A DNA stretch of 64,000 nt from a virus (taxonomy: Duplodnaviria > Caudoviricetes). The stretch covers positions 34,419 through 98,418 of IMG/VR virus record IMGVR_UViG_3300043364_000002, one strand, 5' to 3'. Position 1 is the first letter of the stretch. The number at the start of each line of letters is the position of its first letter. The position numbers and the translations under genes are program-made. This document shows, piece by piece, positions 46,596 to 56,506 of this stretch. The notes under the pieces are model-generated. The model saw nothing but the letters and a program-made list of their open reading frames with translations, had not been told where the DNA came from and made no database searches.

Positions 46596-47897
46596 TCATG
46601 TTGATTTCTCCGCAGATTCTCGCACATTTTCTTTGGTCTGTGTTGTGATTGTGCTTCCGGGAAGCGCCGGCCAGTCGGTGTCCGTGAGCTCGATGACGCG
46701 AGCGGTCGACTCGATCGTCTGCTGCCCGTAGACCCGATCGAGCATGACGGTGGTCGTGTGCCGGGTGACGTTCTTCAGTACCGAGTGCGGCACGCCAGCC
46801 TGGCTTAGGAGACTTGAATGCGTTCGACGCAGGTCGTTCGGGGAGATCTTCTCGATGCCGATGCGCCGGCACGCCAGCCTTAGCGAGCGATAGACGTTCG
46901 CCCAAGGGGGGTAGAGTTTGCCAGTGGTTGGGCGACCGTACAGCGCGAATAGTAGCCACTCGCGAAACCGCGGCGCGATCGTGATGACGGCGGCGGAACC
47001 AGCCGTCTTGCTGCCGCGTATCCGCACGCGCCAGTTCACGAGATCGTGGTCCTTCATTTCGGTCATGTAAGACTCGCTGCGCCGTGCGCAACAGGCGATG
47101 ATCCAGGCAACGTGCTGCGATCGAAGCACGGCGAGCGGCGTTGGCTCCGCAACACTCATCCGCATGTATCGGTGCGCGGTTGCGTAGGCGACACCCATCT
47201 CTTTCGCGATCTGTCGCACGTTGCTACCAGCGATGCGCAGTGCCCGCGCACGGTCGAGCGTTGCCTGCGTCACCTTGCCAGCGTTGCCCCAAGCGACGCT
47301 TTCGATGACGGCCGGTATGTCTTCCCACGTGAGGTGGCGCTCGCGCGGCGTGTAGCCAACGGCGAACTTTCCCATGCGCGTCACGTGGTCTACGTCATGC
47401 TGGTAGTTGCCGCGCGCCTGCTCTAAGCGAAGCGCAAAGCGAAGCTGCTGCAGTTCCTTCGATATCTCGTGCTGGGAGCATTTCGATCCCTTGGCCGCGC
47501 CAGGCTCCGTCTCACGTTGCGTGATGAAACGTCCGACCGCGTCGTAGTCGATCAGGCTAAGCGGGAACTCGTCCCCAAAAACACGCGCAAAGTGGCCTAG
47601 TTTGGTGCGGCAGATCTCGACCGTATGGGCGGTGACGGTTCCGCCAAGCTTGCCTTTGCTTCGGCGCTTGGCTTCGATGGCGTGCTCGATCATGTCCCAG
47701 ACCGTTACCCTCTGCGAGGCTGCGTGACGTGGGTCGGCCGCTTCGCGTTCGAGCCTAGCCCTAACGATGCGCGCCGCCGGACGGTCGACGCACTCAGTTG
47801 AGCACCGCTTGCCAGCGATCGTAGTCCAGAAGTACGGAGAGCCGGGCCTTCGCCAGAGACGGTCTTTGCTGAACGTTCGTTTCTTTCTGTTTTCCAT
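46596..47897 (-). CDS. int: Tyrosine integrase with internal HTH insertion
   Basis: ARRSE, GSKT, NDLRRT, RH and RVYG catalytic motifs. Adjacent att site. Confidence 0.9.
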   Translation of the reverse strand: MENRKKRTFSKDRLWRRPGSPYFWTTIAGKRCSTECVDRPAARIVRARLEREAADPRHAASQRVTVWDMIEHAIEAKRRSKGKLGGTVTAHTVEICRTKLGHFARVFGDEFPLSLIDYDAVGRFITQRETEPGAAKGSKCSQHEISKELQQLRFALRLEQARGNYQHDVDHVTRMGKFAVGYTPRERHLTWEDIPAVIESVAWGNAGKVTQATLDRARALRIAGSNVRQIAKEMGVAYATAHRYMRMSVAEPTPLAVLRSQHVAWIIACCARRSESYMTEMKDHDLVNWRVRIRGSKTAGSAAVITIAPRFREWLLFALYGRPTTGKLYPPWANVYRSLRLACRRIGIEKISPNDLRRTHSSLLSQAGVPHSVLKNVTRHTTTVMLDRVYGQQTIESTARVIELTDTDWPALPGSTITTQTKENVRESAEKST

Positions 47898-48064
47898 GCG
47901 TCGTAGTCCTCCTGTGAGACGCGCCATCGTGGGACATCGCCCAGGCCGATGTCGATCGCGCGCATCTCGCGTCGCATGATTTCGCCTGCGTGGCGACGTG
48001 AACAGGAGAGCAGGAGCGCTACGTCGCCAGGCGTAAGGTGTTCTTCGGCTTTTTTCGTCGGCAT
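47705..48064 (-). CDS. xis: Excisionase-like HTH protein
   Basis: HLTPGDVALLLSCSRR...WRVSQEDYDAW. C-terminal tail overlaps the int start. Confidence 0.7.
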   Translation of the reverse strand: MPTKKAEEHLTPGDVALLLSCSRRHAGEIMRREMRAIDIGLGDVPRWRVSQEDYDAWKTERNERSAKTVSGEGPALRTSGLRSLASGAQLSASTVRRRASLGLGSNAKRPTHVTQPRRG

Positions 48065-49473
48065 TTATTCCTCCACCTCAAACCGCAACTCATGCGCCCC
48101 AAAGCCATCCGGCTCGCGCCTCGTCTGATAAACCTCCACCTCGCCGCCGACGCAGCTCAGCAGCACGACCCGCGCCCCATTCGGGCAGCGGAGCTCTTCG
48201 CCGACCCGCCGCATGATGGCGTGGCCGACCTCGACGCTTTTCACGCTGCGATTCGTGTCGTTCATGATGGCGCGAGCCATTGTTTGGATGGCTTCAACCA
48301 GCATTCGTCGCCGCCTTCCACTCCTCCAGCCATTCGCCCGCGGCAGCGCAAGCGCCGTCGTCGCTGCCGGCAATTGAGATACTTTCGAATCTCTCGGCCG
48401 CCTTGTCTACCAGCACTTGCAGCGCCGCCTTCTCCGCCCGCACCTTCCCTCGCGCCGCGCCCGCGTCTCGCGCCACAGTGCCGAGATCGCGACCCAATCT
48501 TCAGCGGTGCCGTACGTAAGATCGAGCGGCAATTCCCAGCGCTTCAACCACTCGTCTTGCGTGAAGAAGCGATAGAGATCTTCCGGGTCGCAACCAAACG
48601 CGTCTTGCAGGAGATCGCTTGCCGGCCTCGCGTCTGCGAACGACACCACAAGCGCGATAAAGCACCGCGGACACTCACGCGTTGCCGCGTCACCCATCGC
48701 CTTCCTCCTTCGTCCGCGGCTCACTCGCCACGCCGGTCCCGTTCTTCACGCACACTGGGCACGCCCACACGGTCGGCACGCACCACGCCGTGCGCTGCCA
48801 GCCGAGATCCTCCGCGACGGCTTCGTCTTCCGTCACGCCGCAGGATGCGCACGCGATGTCGGTCATGATTCTGCCTCCACCCGCTCACACATCACGTCGA
48901 AGCGGTCGCACTGCAGCGCCAGCGAGCCGATGACGCGGGCCTCGCTCCAGAGTTTGGCCGACACGGTGATGTGCCGCCCCGTCGCCTTGTGCGTGACTCT
49001 CCACGGCACTGGGGCCGATGCGGGGTATCCGAGATCGCTCATTCAAACTCCTCCTGGTCGATCCCGGCAGAGATGCCAGCTTCGATCGCCGTCTTCAGCT
49101 TGGCCGTGAGGTCTTTGATTCGCGCTTCGGCGGCTTCGGCGCGCTGCTCGACCTCATCGAACAAGCGGATCATCTCGTCGCATCGTGTCCGTGCTAGGTC
49201 GCGCTCTCGCAGCACCTCGGCGAGCTCGGCTTCGATGGCGTCGGCATGCTCGATGAGTTCAGTGGGCACGGCGGCTAAGTTGCGGTACTCCGCGAGTCGC
49301 TCAGCCGATAGGCGTTTAGGCTGCTCTTCGGCCATCTGTGAATAGAATTGTAGTCTGATCATCGCTTCTCTAGTTTCGCGCGGTGTAGGTTCTCTTCCAT
49401 GGCCAGCTTGGTTTGCGCCACGCGAACGGATTCGATTGCTTCGGCCAGCTTCTGCCTGTCAGCCGACCACTAG

Positions 49474-49770
49474 TCACCGCACTCCTCCGCGCGCCCGCAC
49501 TTCAGCAGGCGTCAACTCTGGTCGCACCGCCGCACCGCCGTCCTTCGACGCACCGAACAAGTCGCCTTCGAAGCAGCACTCGCCCTCGTGGCAAGCGTGA
49601 CCTTTCTCCCCGCATCGCTCGCCGCGACCGCAGCATCCGTGGTCGGGGCACTCAAAATAGTAGCCTTGGCCGCATGGAAAACCAGGTGTAGGATTTATTG
49701 GGATTGGCGTTTGGTCGCAAGACGGAGCGAAGGCTAAGGCCGCCGCTATGAGAATGGTTTTACACAACAT
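49474..49770 (-). CDS. Cys-rich lipoprotein
   Basis: LAFAPSC lipobox and many Cys. Confidence 0.6.
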   Translation of the reverse strand: MLCKTILIAAALAFAPSCDQTPIPINPTPGFPCGQGYYFECPDHGCCGRGERCGEKGHACHEGECCFEGDLFGASKDGGAAVRPELTPAEVRARGGVR

Positions 49771-50503
49771 GTGACCACCTTTTCCTTTGAGCGATTCTCG
49801 CGATCTGCGCTCGGCTTAGAGGAATAGTTCTGGCGATGTCAGAAAACTTCTCGCCGGAGTCTGCCCGTCGCCTGATTGTGCGAACTGTTTCCTCGTTAAT
49901 GCGCGCCATGTGGCTTTTTTCTCCAAACCGTTCGGTTCCGTGGCGCTTCTTGTCTCGCATGTTGTTAACGCGCGTAGCCCAACGCAAATTGGTCAGCCTC
50001 GGATTGGCTCGGTTCCCGTCCCAGTGCGCACACTCATGACCGGGCGGGCACGGTGGGCCGAATGTTAGCAGTACAAGCCGATGCACGTAGCGGTCGAAGC
50101 ACTTCCCACCATTGTGAAGTTTTACTTTCGGATAGTCCGCGTCGCTACGGTAGAACCTTATGTAACGACCACCGCGCCTTACTCTGCCGAGATCGCTTAT
50201 CTCGTAAAGTTCAAAGCCCGCCACTGGCGACCATGATTCAGCCGCCAATTCGGTTTCCGTAATCGGAGGATTGATATCTATCGGGTGCCTCTGTTTTTTT
50301 GGGCTGTCAAAGCAGACGCGGCAGTGGACAGATCGCCGCGACATCGACCCGCCGCACTTCGGGCAAGGCTCCTTAGCAAGGTCGTGGTTTCTTCCGTCGC
50401 GCCGTGACTCCCAGTAGCATTGAGGCGAACAGAACTTACGCTCACGACTAGCGAAGTCGACCACCGACTTGCCACAATTACCGCAATGTCCTTTCGATTC
50501 CAT
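49760..50503 (-). CDS. NUMOD4/HNH endonuclease with N-terminal zinc fingers
   Basis: ESWSPVAGFELYEISDLGRVR, YVHRLVL and ECAHWDGNRANPRLTNLRWAT motifs. Confidence 0.85.
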   Translation of the reverse strand: MESKGHCGNCGKSVVDFASRERKFCSPQCYWESRRDGRNHDLAKEPCPKCGGSMSRRSVHCRVCFDSPKKQRHPIDINPPITETELAAESWSPVAGFELYEISDLGRVRRGGRYIRFYRSDADYPKVKLHNGGKCFDRYVHRLVLLTFGPPCPPGHECAHWDGNRANPRLTNLRWATRVNNMRDKKRHGTERFGEKSHMARINEETVRTIRRRADSGEKFSDIARTIPLSRAQIARIAQRKRWSHVV

Positions 50504-50859
50504 GGGCAGTGTTGTTCGTTTATCGAACCACAGACGCCGCGCACCCCGTCGTCGTAATCGCAACCACGACCGCCAGCGCGCAGAGGACGGCGAGCAGAAT
50601 GGTGAGCGCGGCGATGGGCCAGCCGCTGCGTTCGGTTGGCGTCGTGAGGGCTGTGATTTTCATTGGGTAGACTCCTTGTCTTCTTCGACTTCGAACGACT
50701 CGAACGACCACGTCGATCCCCTGCAAATATTGTAGCCACCGTCGTCGGCCTCTTCTTTGGTCGCGTACTCCTCATCTTGCACTTGGTCGCCGCCATTGAA
50801 GCATCCTTGCGTGTCCATGCCGTCGCCGCAGTCACGGCACCAGACGCGGATCTTCCGGG

Positions 50860-51012
50860 TCATCGCGCACCACCATCCGCCGCTTCTGCGCAAACGCAGT
50901 CGCCGGTCGGATTGAATGACCGCACTCTGCCGGCGCACAGCTTGAAGCATTCGCCGGCCGTGGTGTTGCAGCCGACGACGAGCACCGCGAGCAGGAGGAC
51001 AAGTCTGCTCAT
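50860..51012 (-). CDS. Small lipoprotein
   Basis: MSRLVLLLAVLVVGC. Confidence 0.55.
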   Translation of the reverse strand: MSRLVLLLAVLVVGCNTTAGECFKLCAGRVRSFNPTGDCVCAEAADGGAR

Positions 51013-51248
51013 CTGGTCGCCCTCTTCAGGCACATGTCCGTGCACGCCTGCTGCATCTTGCCAACGACCGTTAGGTAGTTCTCGTGGGCGCTCTTCCACA
51101 CGCGGTAGTCGTCGGTGCCGCGTATGTCGCCGAAGATGATGACGGCCGACAGGTTCCCGGCTCGGGCGTCGACAAGCGCTTCTTCCAGAAGCGCCACCGT
51201 GTTTGGCGATGTGCTCTTCGGAGGCGAGGCCGATGAGGGGCGCGCGGG

Positions 51249-51524
51249 TCATGGCTTCACCTCACCCTTAACTCCAGACTTCGCTTGGCGCGGCTCAAAC
51301 AGCGCGAACCCGAAGAAGTAGATCGGAGCCGCGATCGTTTCGACTAACAACACTCCCCAAATCACGTTTCCCCAGCACACCTCGTACTGCACTTCGGGGT
51401 TTTTCTTTTCATCTTCATTGAGCAGACCGTAGACGTCGTAGGTCGTGCCGCTGATCGTTTTCTGCTTCGCGCAGCCAGATGTCGCGAGTACAGCGAGGAT
51501 GACGGTGACAATGATGCGTGTCAT
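51249..51524 (-). CDS. Small lipoprotein
   Basis: LATSGC lipobox, YGLLN..EKKNPEVQYEVCWGNVIW. Confidence 0.6.
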   Translation of the reverse strand: MTRIIVTVILAVLATSGCAKQKTISGTTYDVYGLLNEDEKKNPEVQYEVCWGNVIWGVLLVETIAAPIYFFGFALFEPRQAKSGVKGEVKP

Positions 51525-51704
51525 GGCCTGTCCCAGTCTGGATTGAAGCAGAAGTAGCCCCACGCCTGCTCGAGCGTAAGACGCTCCGGGTCAACGCCAT
51601 CCTTGAGCATCTGCGCGGTAATCCTTTTGATCATGCGCTCGCGCTCCGCCGTCGCGTGCTTGTGGCGGAGTTGGGATAGGGCGAGGGCGGAGGTCATGGT
51701 TCCT

Positions 51705-52196
51705 CTAGAACGGAAGCGGATCGTCTGCCGGTCCAGCGTTGTCTTCTTGGCGGTCGCTCACGTCTCGCCTGGCCGGCGTCGGCGCCGTCCAACCTTCGCG
51801 CTTGCGCCGGGCCCATCCGCGTGCGCGCTTTGCGTCGAGCCGCTTGTACAGAGACGACGGTTTCCCTTTGTACATCTTCCCGTCCTCGTCGTCCTTGTCA
51901 CCCATCCAGTCGAACAGGTCGGCCAGCACTTCGAGATACTCTGGCGGGCATTCGGAGAAGTTGCAGCCGGCGTAGCTGCCGTTGACATCTACGTTCCAGC
52001 GCTTCGGGTCCTTGCGGACCGATGGATCCCCATGTTCTGAGTCGAGCTCTCGATCGGTAGCGACGGCGCCGCCAGCGGTCGATGTTGCCGACGACGGAGC
52101 AGCCGCCTTGCTTGGCGCGGCGCCAGTCGCAAGCGCGCCGCGGATGCCTTTCAGCTCCGCCAGGATCTGCGTCAACAGCTGCTCAGTCGTCGCCAT
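51705..52196 (-). CDS. Hypothetical protein with SSB-like acidic tail
   Basis: Follows recT and ends DDPLPF. Confidence 0.6.
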   Translation of the reverse strand: MATTEQLLTQILAELKGIRGALATGAAPSKAAAPSSATSTAGGAVATDRELDSEHGDPSVRKDPKRWNVDVNGSYAGCNFSECPPEYLEVLADLFDWMGDKDDEDGKMYKGKPSSLYKRLDAKRARGWARRKREGWTAPTPARRDVSDRQEDNAGPADDPLPF

Positions 52197-52199
52197 CTG

Positions 52200-53093
52200 T
52201 CAATCCTCGCCAGGTTGTCGCCATCCCGAGTCACCTTCGGCCTTGGTCTTTTCGGCGACCTTGTTCTTGAGTGCGGCCACGTTGCTCTTCGGTTCCTCTG
52301 GCGTAGCGCCACCTGCGGGTCCGTCCTCAATCAGCGACACGTCGATCGTTTGAAGCTCGCCTCGTTCCACGGCCTCGTCCTGAGAGACGGCCTTCGCCAA
52401 CTCGGGAGAGAGCGGAAGGTACTTGCAAAGGCGGCGCACTACCGTCTTGCGCTGCATTTCTGCCGTGTCAGTGACCCACGGCCCATCGTCGGCGGCTTGC
52501 GAACGTTTCCGAATCCGTTCGAGCTCTGGCAGAGTCATGACTTCCACCTGCTCGCCACCGTCCTTGAACGTTGCCTTTGCCCAAACGCAGATGACTCTGC
52601 CTCGATCCTCGACAAGGATGTTGGGGCGGTGTTTGATGGGCTGGGCTCCACCGTATTCGAGGTCGAAAATGTCGTGCTCGTAGACGACGTGAGCTTCGAT
52701 GCATCGGATTTGCCCGCTGTTGCGCGCTAGCCTGATAAGCCCTCTGTAGCCAGGAATACACTGGGCCTCTACTTGCTTCGTGTGCTTGTTACGAAACGGA
52801 ACCAAATAGCAGTCCCCCATCAAGCCACCGACCTCTAGACCCATCTCGGCGCCCTGCATGACGGCGCGAAGAATTGACGCCGCTGAGCACGCGTGAAGAT
52901 CTGGGTTGCGCGACGTCGCCGAAAGCGCGATCTTCACGAGTCTATCGGCTGATAGGTGCTTCGGCGCAACGGCGGCCAAAGACGGGGCCGCCTTCGTTAG
53001 CAGCTCTTTCAAGGTTTGCTGTTTTGCTGCCGTGCCCGTAAGAGGCGCCAGCGACGTGGACGTGGGTTGAGTCATATTCATCTCCTTAGACAT
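52200..53093 (-). CDS. recT: RecT single-strand annealing protein
   Basis: CSAASI, GLE, CYLVPF, GYRGLIRLARNSG, GPWVTD..EM.RKTVVRRLCKYLP. Confidence 0.93.
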   Translation of the reverse strand: MSKEMNMTQPTSTSLAPLTGTAAKQQTLKELLTKAAPSLAAVAPKHLSADRLVKIALSATSRNPDLHACSAASILRAVMQGAEMGLEVGGLMGDCYLVPFRNKHTKQVEAQCIPGYRGLIRLARNSGQIRCIEAHVVYEHDIFDLEYGGAQPIKHRPNILVEDRGRVICVWAKATFKDGGEQVEVMTLPELERIRKRSQAADDGPWVTDTAEMQRKTVVRRLCKYLPLSPELAKAVSQDEAVERGELQTIDVSLIEDGPAGGATPEEPKSNVAALKNKVAEKTKAEGDSGWRQPGED

Positions 53094-53703
53094 GAGTCCA
53101 AATCTTGTTGTTTGCGATCAACGTCACCGTGGACCTCGATACGTTGAATTTTGCGGCAATTACGCGTTGCTTTGAGCCCGTCGACAGTTCTTGCTTTATG
53201 AGAGCCACAGCTGACTCGTCGAGCTTCGCGAACGGATTCCGAGATCCAACGGGCCTACGCTCAGGATGAGCGGCGAAGTGAGCTCGATTGCTTGCCGATA
53301 TCGCAGGACTTGGCCCGTAAGACTCAGGCTTCGTATGAGCCCTGTGACGCTTGTTCATCATCATGTCGCCGGCGTTTTGCTTACGCGTGCCCCATGCAAT
53401 GTTACTCGGAACGTTGTTCGTCTTGACGTCGTCGAGATGCCGCGCCTCTTGCCGCGCGTCACACGGTGGCCCGTGGAACACCCATGCCATAATTCGATGG
53501 ACGCCGATCAGCTTCAGCTTGCCGCCGATAATGAGACCGACTCGCAGATACCCGTCCTCGTCCGGCACCGTCTTGCGTTCGCGCATCACTGGCGGCCGGC
53601 TGTCGTCCGCCATCTTAGGACCGCGTCTGCGCGAAGAGAAAATGCGCCCATCTTCCGTAACGAAGTAACCTTGCGCAAACGGGATGTGGCGAAGGTGGCT
53701 CAC
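53086..53703 (-). CDS. HNH homing endonuclease
   Basis: YFVTEDGRIFS, VHRIMA, RHLDDVKTNN..SNIAWGT, C-terminal HTH. Confidence 0.85.
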   Translation of the reverse strand: MSHLRHIPFAQGYFVTEDGRIFSSRRRGPKMADDSRPPVMRERKTVPDEDGYLRVGLIIGGKLKLIGVHRIMAWVFHGPPCDARQEARHLDDVKTNNVPSNIAWGTRKQNAGDMMMNKRHRAHTKPESYGPSPAISASNRAHFAAHPERRPVGSRNPFAKLDESAVALIKQELSTGSKQRVIAAKFNVSRSTVTLIANNKIWTHV

Positions 53704-54665
53704 GCCTTATCTCCTTTGAGTGCAACGGTTAGTCGCCGTTCTGGTTTCGATGTGTGTTTGGCGATCAGTTCGCCTGGGACCCGTAGTTCTTCGCACAGCG
53801 ACTTCCACGACGTTCGGCCGCCGTTGGACGCCACCCAAGTAATCTTTCCCCACGGCGCGTCGAAGCCGTCGTGATCGCCGATGAAGAGACGGAGCTGATT
53901 CCCCGCGGCTTCCTTGCGCTCCTCCGCCTCTTTGGCGGCCTCGCGCGCCAAGACGTAGTCCTGGGCGAAGGCGAACACGGTCGACGCGGCCGAGCCCAAC
54001 GTGGGCGGTCCCAGCGGGATTAGCTTGCCTCTGTTGGCGGGGAAGATCTTGGCCAACGCTTCCTTGGTGCGTTCGGAGCCGTCGACAGACGGCGGCACGC
54101 GGGCGACAACATGGTCATTCCACCACTTGTGCGCAATGCGAACGAGCCCAGAAATCATCTCTTCGTCGCGCTTTACGCGATAGATCGCAAGATGACTTCC
54201 GAAGAACAGAACCGGCACCTCGGCGACCTCGCGACCGGTGACGGACAATTCCCATTGGCACTGCGCTAGGACGCTTTCCGGGATCTCGTCCGTGCCTTCT
54301 TGGCCCCATGCCCGCGATCGGCTACGGACCTTCTTGATCTGCACGATCCACGGCTTGCCGACAACGAGCCTGTCGGGCGTTGCGATTTGGAGAGGGTCCG
54401 TAGGGTGCACGAGCGTTCCGGACTCGATGAGCTGATTGCCAGTGCGGCGCGTGTAGAGCGCAGCGACAACTGGCTCGAGTAAATTGCCTAATTCGATGTG
54501 TTCTGCGATCTCGGTGTCATCCTGCGGTTCAATGAGCCCCGTTTTGATCGCCCAGATGTTGAGCGGGCTATCCCATGCGCCGTCGGCGCCGACGATGGCC
54601 GGGATCTCTGAGGCTCCAAGCCCCCCCAATCTGATCTTCTGCTGCTCAGCCGTTAGCATGGTCAA
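53700..54665 (-). CDS. YqaJ-type (RecE/lambda-exo family) exonuclease
   Basis: GLGASE, GNLLEP, ATPDRL and QCQW motifs, next to recT. Confidence 0.88.
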   Translation of the reverse strand: MTMLTAEQQKIRLGGLGASEIPAIVGADGAWDSPLNIWAIKTGLIEPQDDTEIAEHIELGNLLEPVVAALYTRRTGNQLIESGTLVHPTDPLQIATPDRLVVGKPWIVQIKKVRSRSRAWGQEGTDEIPESVLAQCQWELSVTGREVAEVPVLFFGSHLAIYRVKRDEEMISGLVRIAHKWWNDHVVARVPPSVDGSERTKEALAKIFPANRGKLIPLGPPTLGSAASTVFAFAQDYVLAREAAKEAEERKEAAGNQLRLFIGDHDGFDAPWGKITWVASNGGRTSWKSLCEELRVPGELIAKHTSKPERRLTVALKGDKA

Positions 54666-55338
54666 CCCTTTTCGAGAGAGCGCGAGACGGGTCCCAGCCG
54701 CGGCCCAGTCGAGAATGTATGGTTGCCGCCTTTAACCCGGTCCGTTCAGCCCATTCGCTTACGGTAAGTGTCGAGCCTTCGTGTGATAATCGGCGATTGT
54801 CACGCCTGTTTCGCTGTTGCTCAATATTCGTTGACCACTTGCAATTGTCCTTGGAATAGCCCAGTTCGTTGTTCTTCCTGTCGAGTGAATACCCATCCGG
54901 CTTTTCTCCCATGTCTGCAAGGAAATGGTCGAAGACTCTCCACCGGTCACAGACCGTAATGCCTCTTCCGCCGTAGTCTCGATATCTGCGATAGTTTGGA
55001 TTGGTGCAGCTGGCGATCATACCCTCCCAGATTCCGTAAGTAAGAGATCCGCCGCTACGTTTTGCGTGCCCATGGCGCGTCCTAGAGGCTCCGCCTTTCT
55101 TACCGCCTCGTTTCGAGTTGGCACAAGACGTTCTTTTGCCTAGCGCCGAGCAAACGTCCCTTCGCTGACATCCGCATGATTTGGTGTCGCCGCAGCGAAG
55201 CTCAGACGTGATGACAAATGTCGTCTCTCCGCAGTCGCAGACGCAACGCCACACGGCCTTGCCATTCTTCGAGCCATCACGTTCGACGACGACTAGTCGT
55301 CCGAAGCGTTGCCCAGATATATCTAAAGCCATCATCAC
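54646..55338 (-). CDS. HNH-like endonuclease
   Basis: GQRFGRL, WRCVCDCG, SCGC, YGGRGITVCDRW, SLDRKNN..GYSKDNCKW. Confidence 0.85.
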   Translation of the reverse strand: MMMALDISGQRFGRLVVVERDGSKNGKAVWRCVCDCGETTFVITSELRCGDTKSCGCQRRDVCSALGKRTSCANSKRGGKKGGASRTRHGHAKRSGGSLTYGIWEGMIASCTNPNYRRYRDYGGRGITVCDRWRVFDHFLADMGEKPDGYSLDRKNNELGYSKDNCKWSTNIEQQRNRRDNRRLSHEGSTLTVSEWAERTGLKAATIHSRLGRGWDPSRALSKRVDHANG

Positions 55339-55982
55339 GCCACGTCCCTAGGCGTCTGCTTCGCCAGCCAGTCGCAAAACCTCGCCCAGTCGTTCGCCTC
55401 TAGAACGCGCTGCGTGCGCAGCACTTCTCCGAGCGACGTGTCCTTGCCGTAGTAACCTGGCGCTAGCTTGAAGAAGAGCTGGCCACACGCTCGCGCGTCA
55501 ACGACAGCGTCGTGGGCACCTTTCATCTCAATGCCGTGACGCGCCGCCGCGACCTCTAGGCGATGCCGTCCGGCGCCACGGGCATATCGATCGACGGCGC
55601 GAACTAGCGTCAGCGGATCTAGCCATGGCCAAGCGTGATCTGCGGTGAACGTTGGCACGAACGCCTTATCGAACGAAGCGTTGAATGCGCACGGCTGCGC
55701 GCCGTTCAGTAGTTCGACGACGCGCGACGCCTTGAACAGGCTTTCGATGTCCACCGCTTCGGCCACCATCTCATCTGTGATGCCGTGGATCGCTGTAGCC
55801 TCTTGCGGAATGGGCCTGCCAGGATTGAGCAGCGCTCCGAACTCGCCAACGACAACGCCGCTCTCGAATCGGACGATGCCGACTTGCACGGCGCGGTCGA
55901 TTCCTGGTCGCACGCCAGTTGTCTCGACGTCGAGACAGACGACGGGCACAGACGGCCATGGCGCATTGAAAAACTTGATCAC
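55335..55982 (-). CDS. DnaQ-like (DEDDh) 3'-5' exonuclease
   Basis: DVETTG, IHGITD, FNASFD, HDAVVD. Confidence 0.92.
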   Translation of the reverse strand: MIKFFNAPWPSVPVVCLDVETTGVRPGIDRAVQVGIVRFESGVVVGEFGALLNPGRPIPQEATAIHGITDEMVAEAVDIESLFKASRVVELLNGAQPCAFNASFDKAFVPTFTADHAWPWLDPLTLVRAVDRYARGAGRHRLEVAAARHGIEMKGAHDAVVDARACGQLFFKLAPGYYGKDTSLGEVLRTQRVLEANDWARFCDWLAKQTPRDVA

Positions 55983-56506
55983 AACCCCACCTCCGCGTAC
56001 CGTTCCGCCGCCGCCGCCACCGTCACGACGAACTTCTCCCCGACACTACCGGCGAGCTCCGCCAGCTCTTCCTTCGTAAGCGGCAGCGTGAAAACCCTGC
56101 CTTCATGTTCCATGAAAGCCCGCCCGCTTTGGATCTCCACGAGCGTCGACAAGAGCGTGATCATTGCGCCATCCTCGCATTCAACTCATCGCTAAACTGC
56201 AACACGTCATCCTCCCGCTCCGCTTGCTCCACCGCCATCTGATACCGCTCACACGCCGAGCGGTACCGAGCCCGCGCAAGTTCGTCGCTGGGGCCGCGCT
56301 CGATCATGACGAGCCGACACTGGCGCATCTGCGCGAGCGAGCGCACGAGTTCGAGCCGCACGTCGAGTAGGCGGAACGCGAACTGCGTTTCGGCGAAGGT
56401 GCGGGCGGTCATGATGCGACAATCTCCATCAGCTTCACTTCGACGCGCGCTAGGCGAAGCCGCATCTTCTTCCTCTGCCGTTGCAGCCGGCGGCGCTTGG
56501 GTCTCA

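Noticed and set aside
46546-46600. Complete tRNA gene
   Set aside because: The D-arm and 5' acceptor strand are missing because the integrase stop occupies that position.
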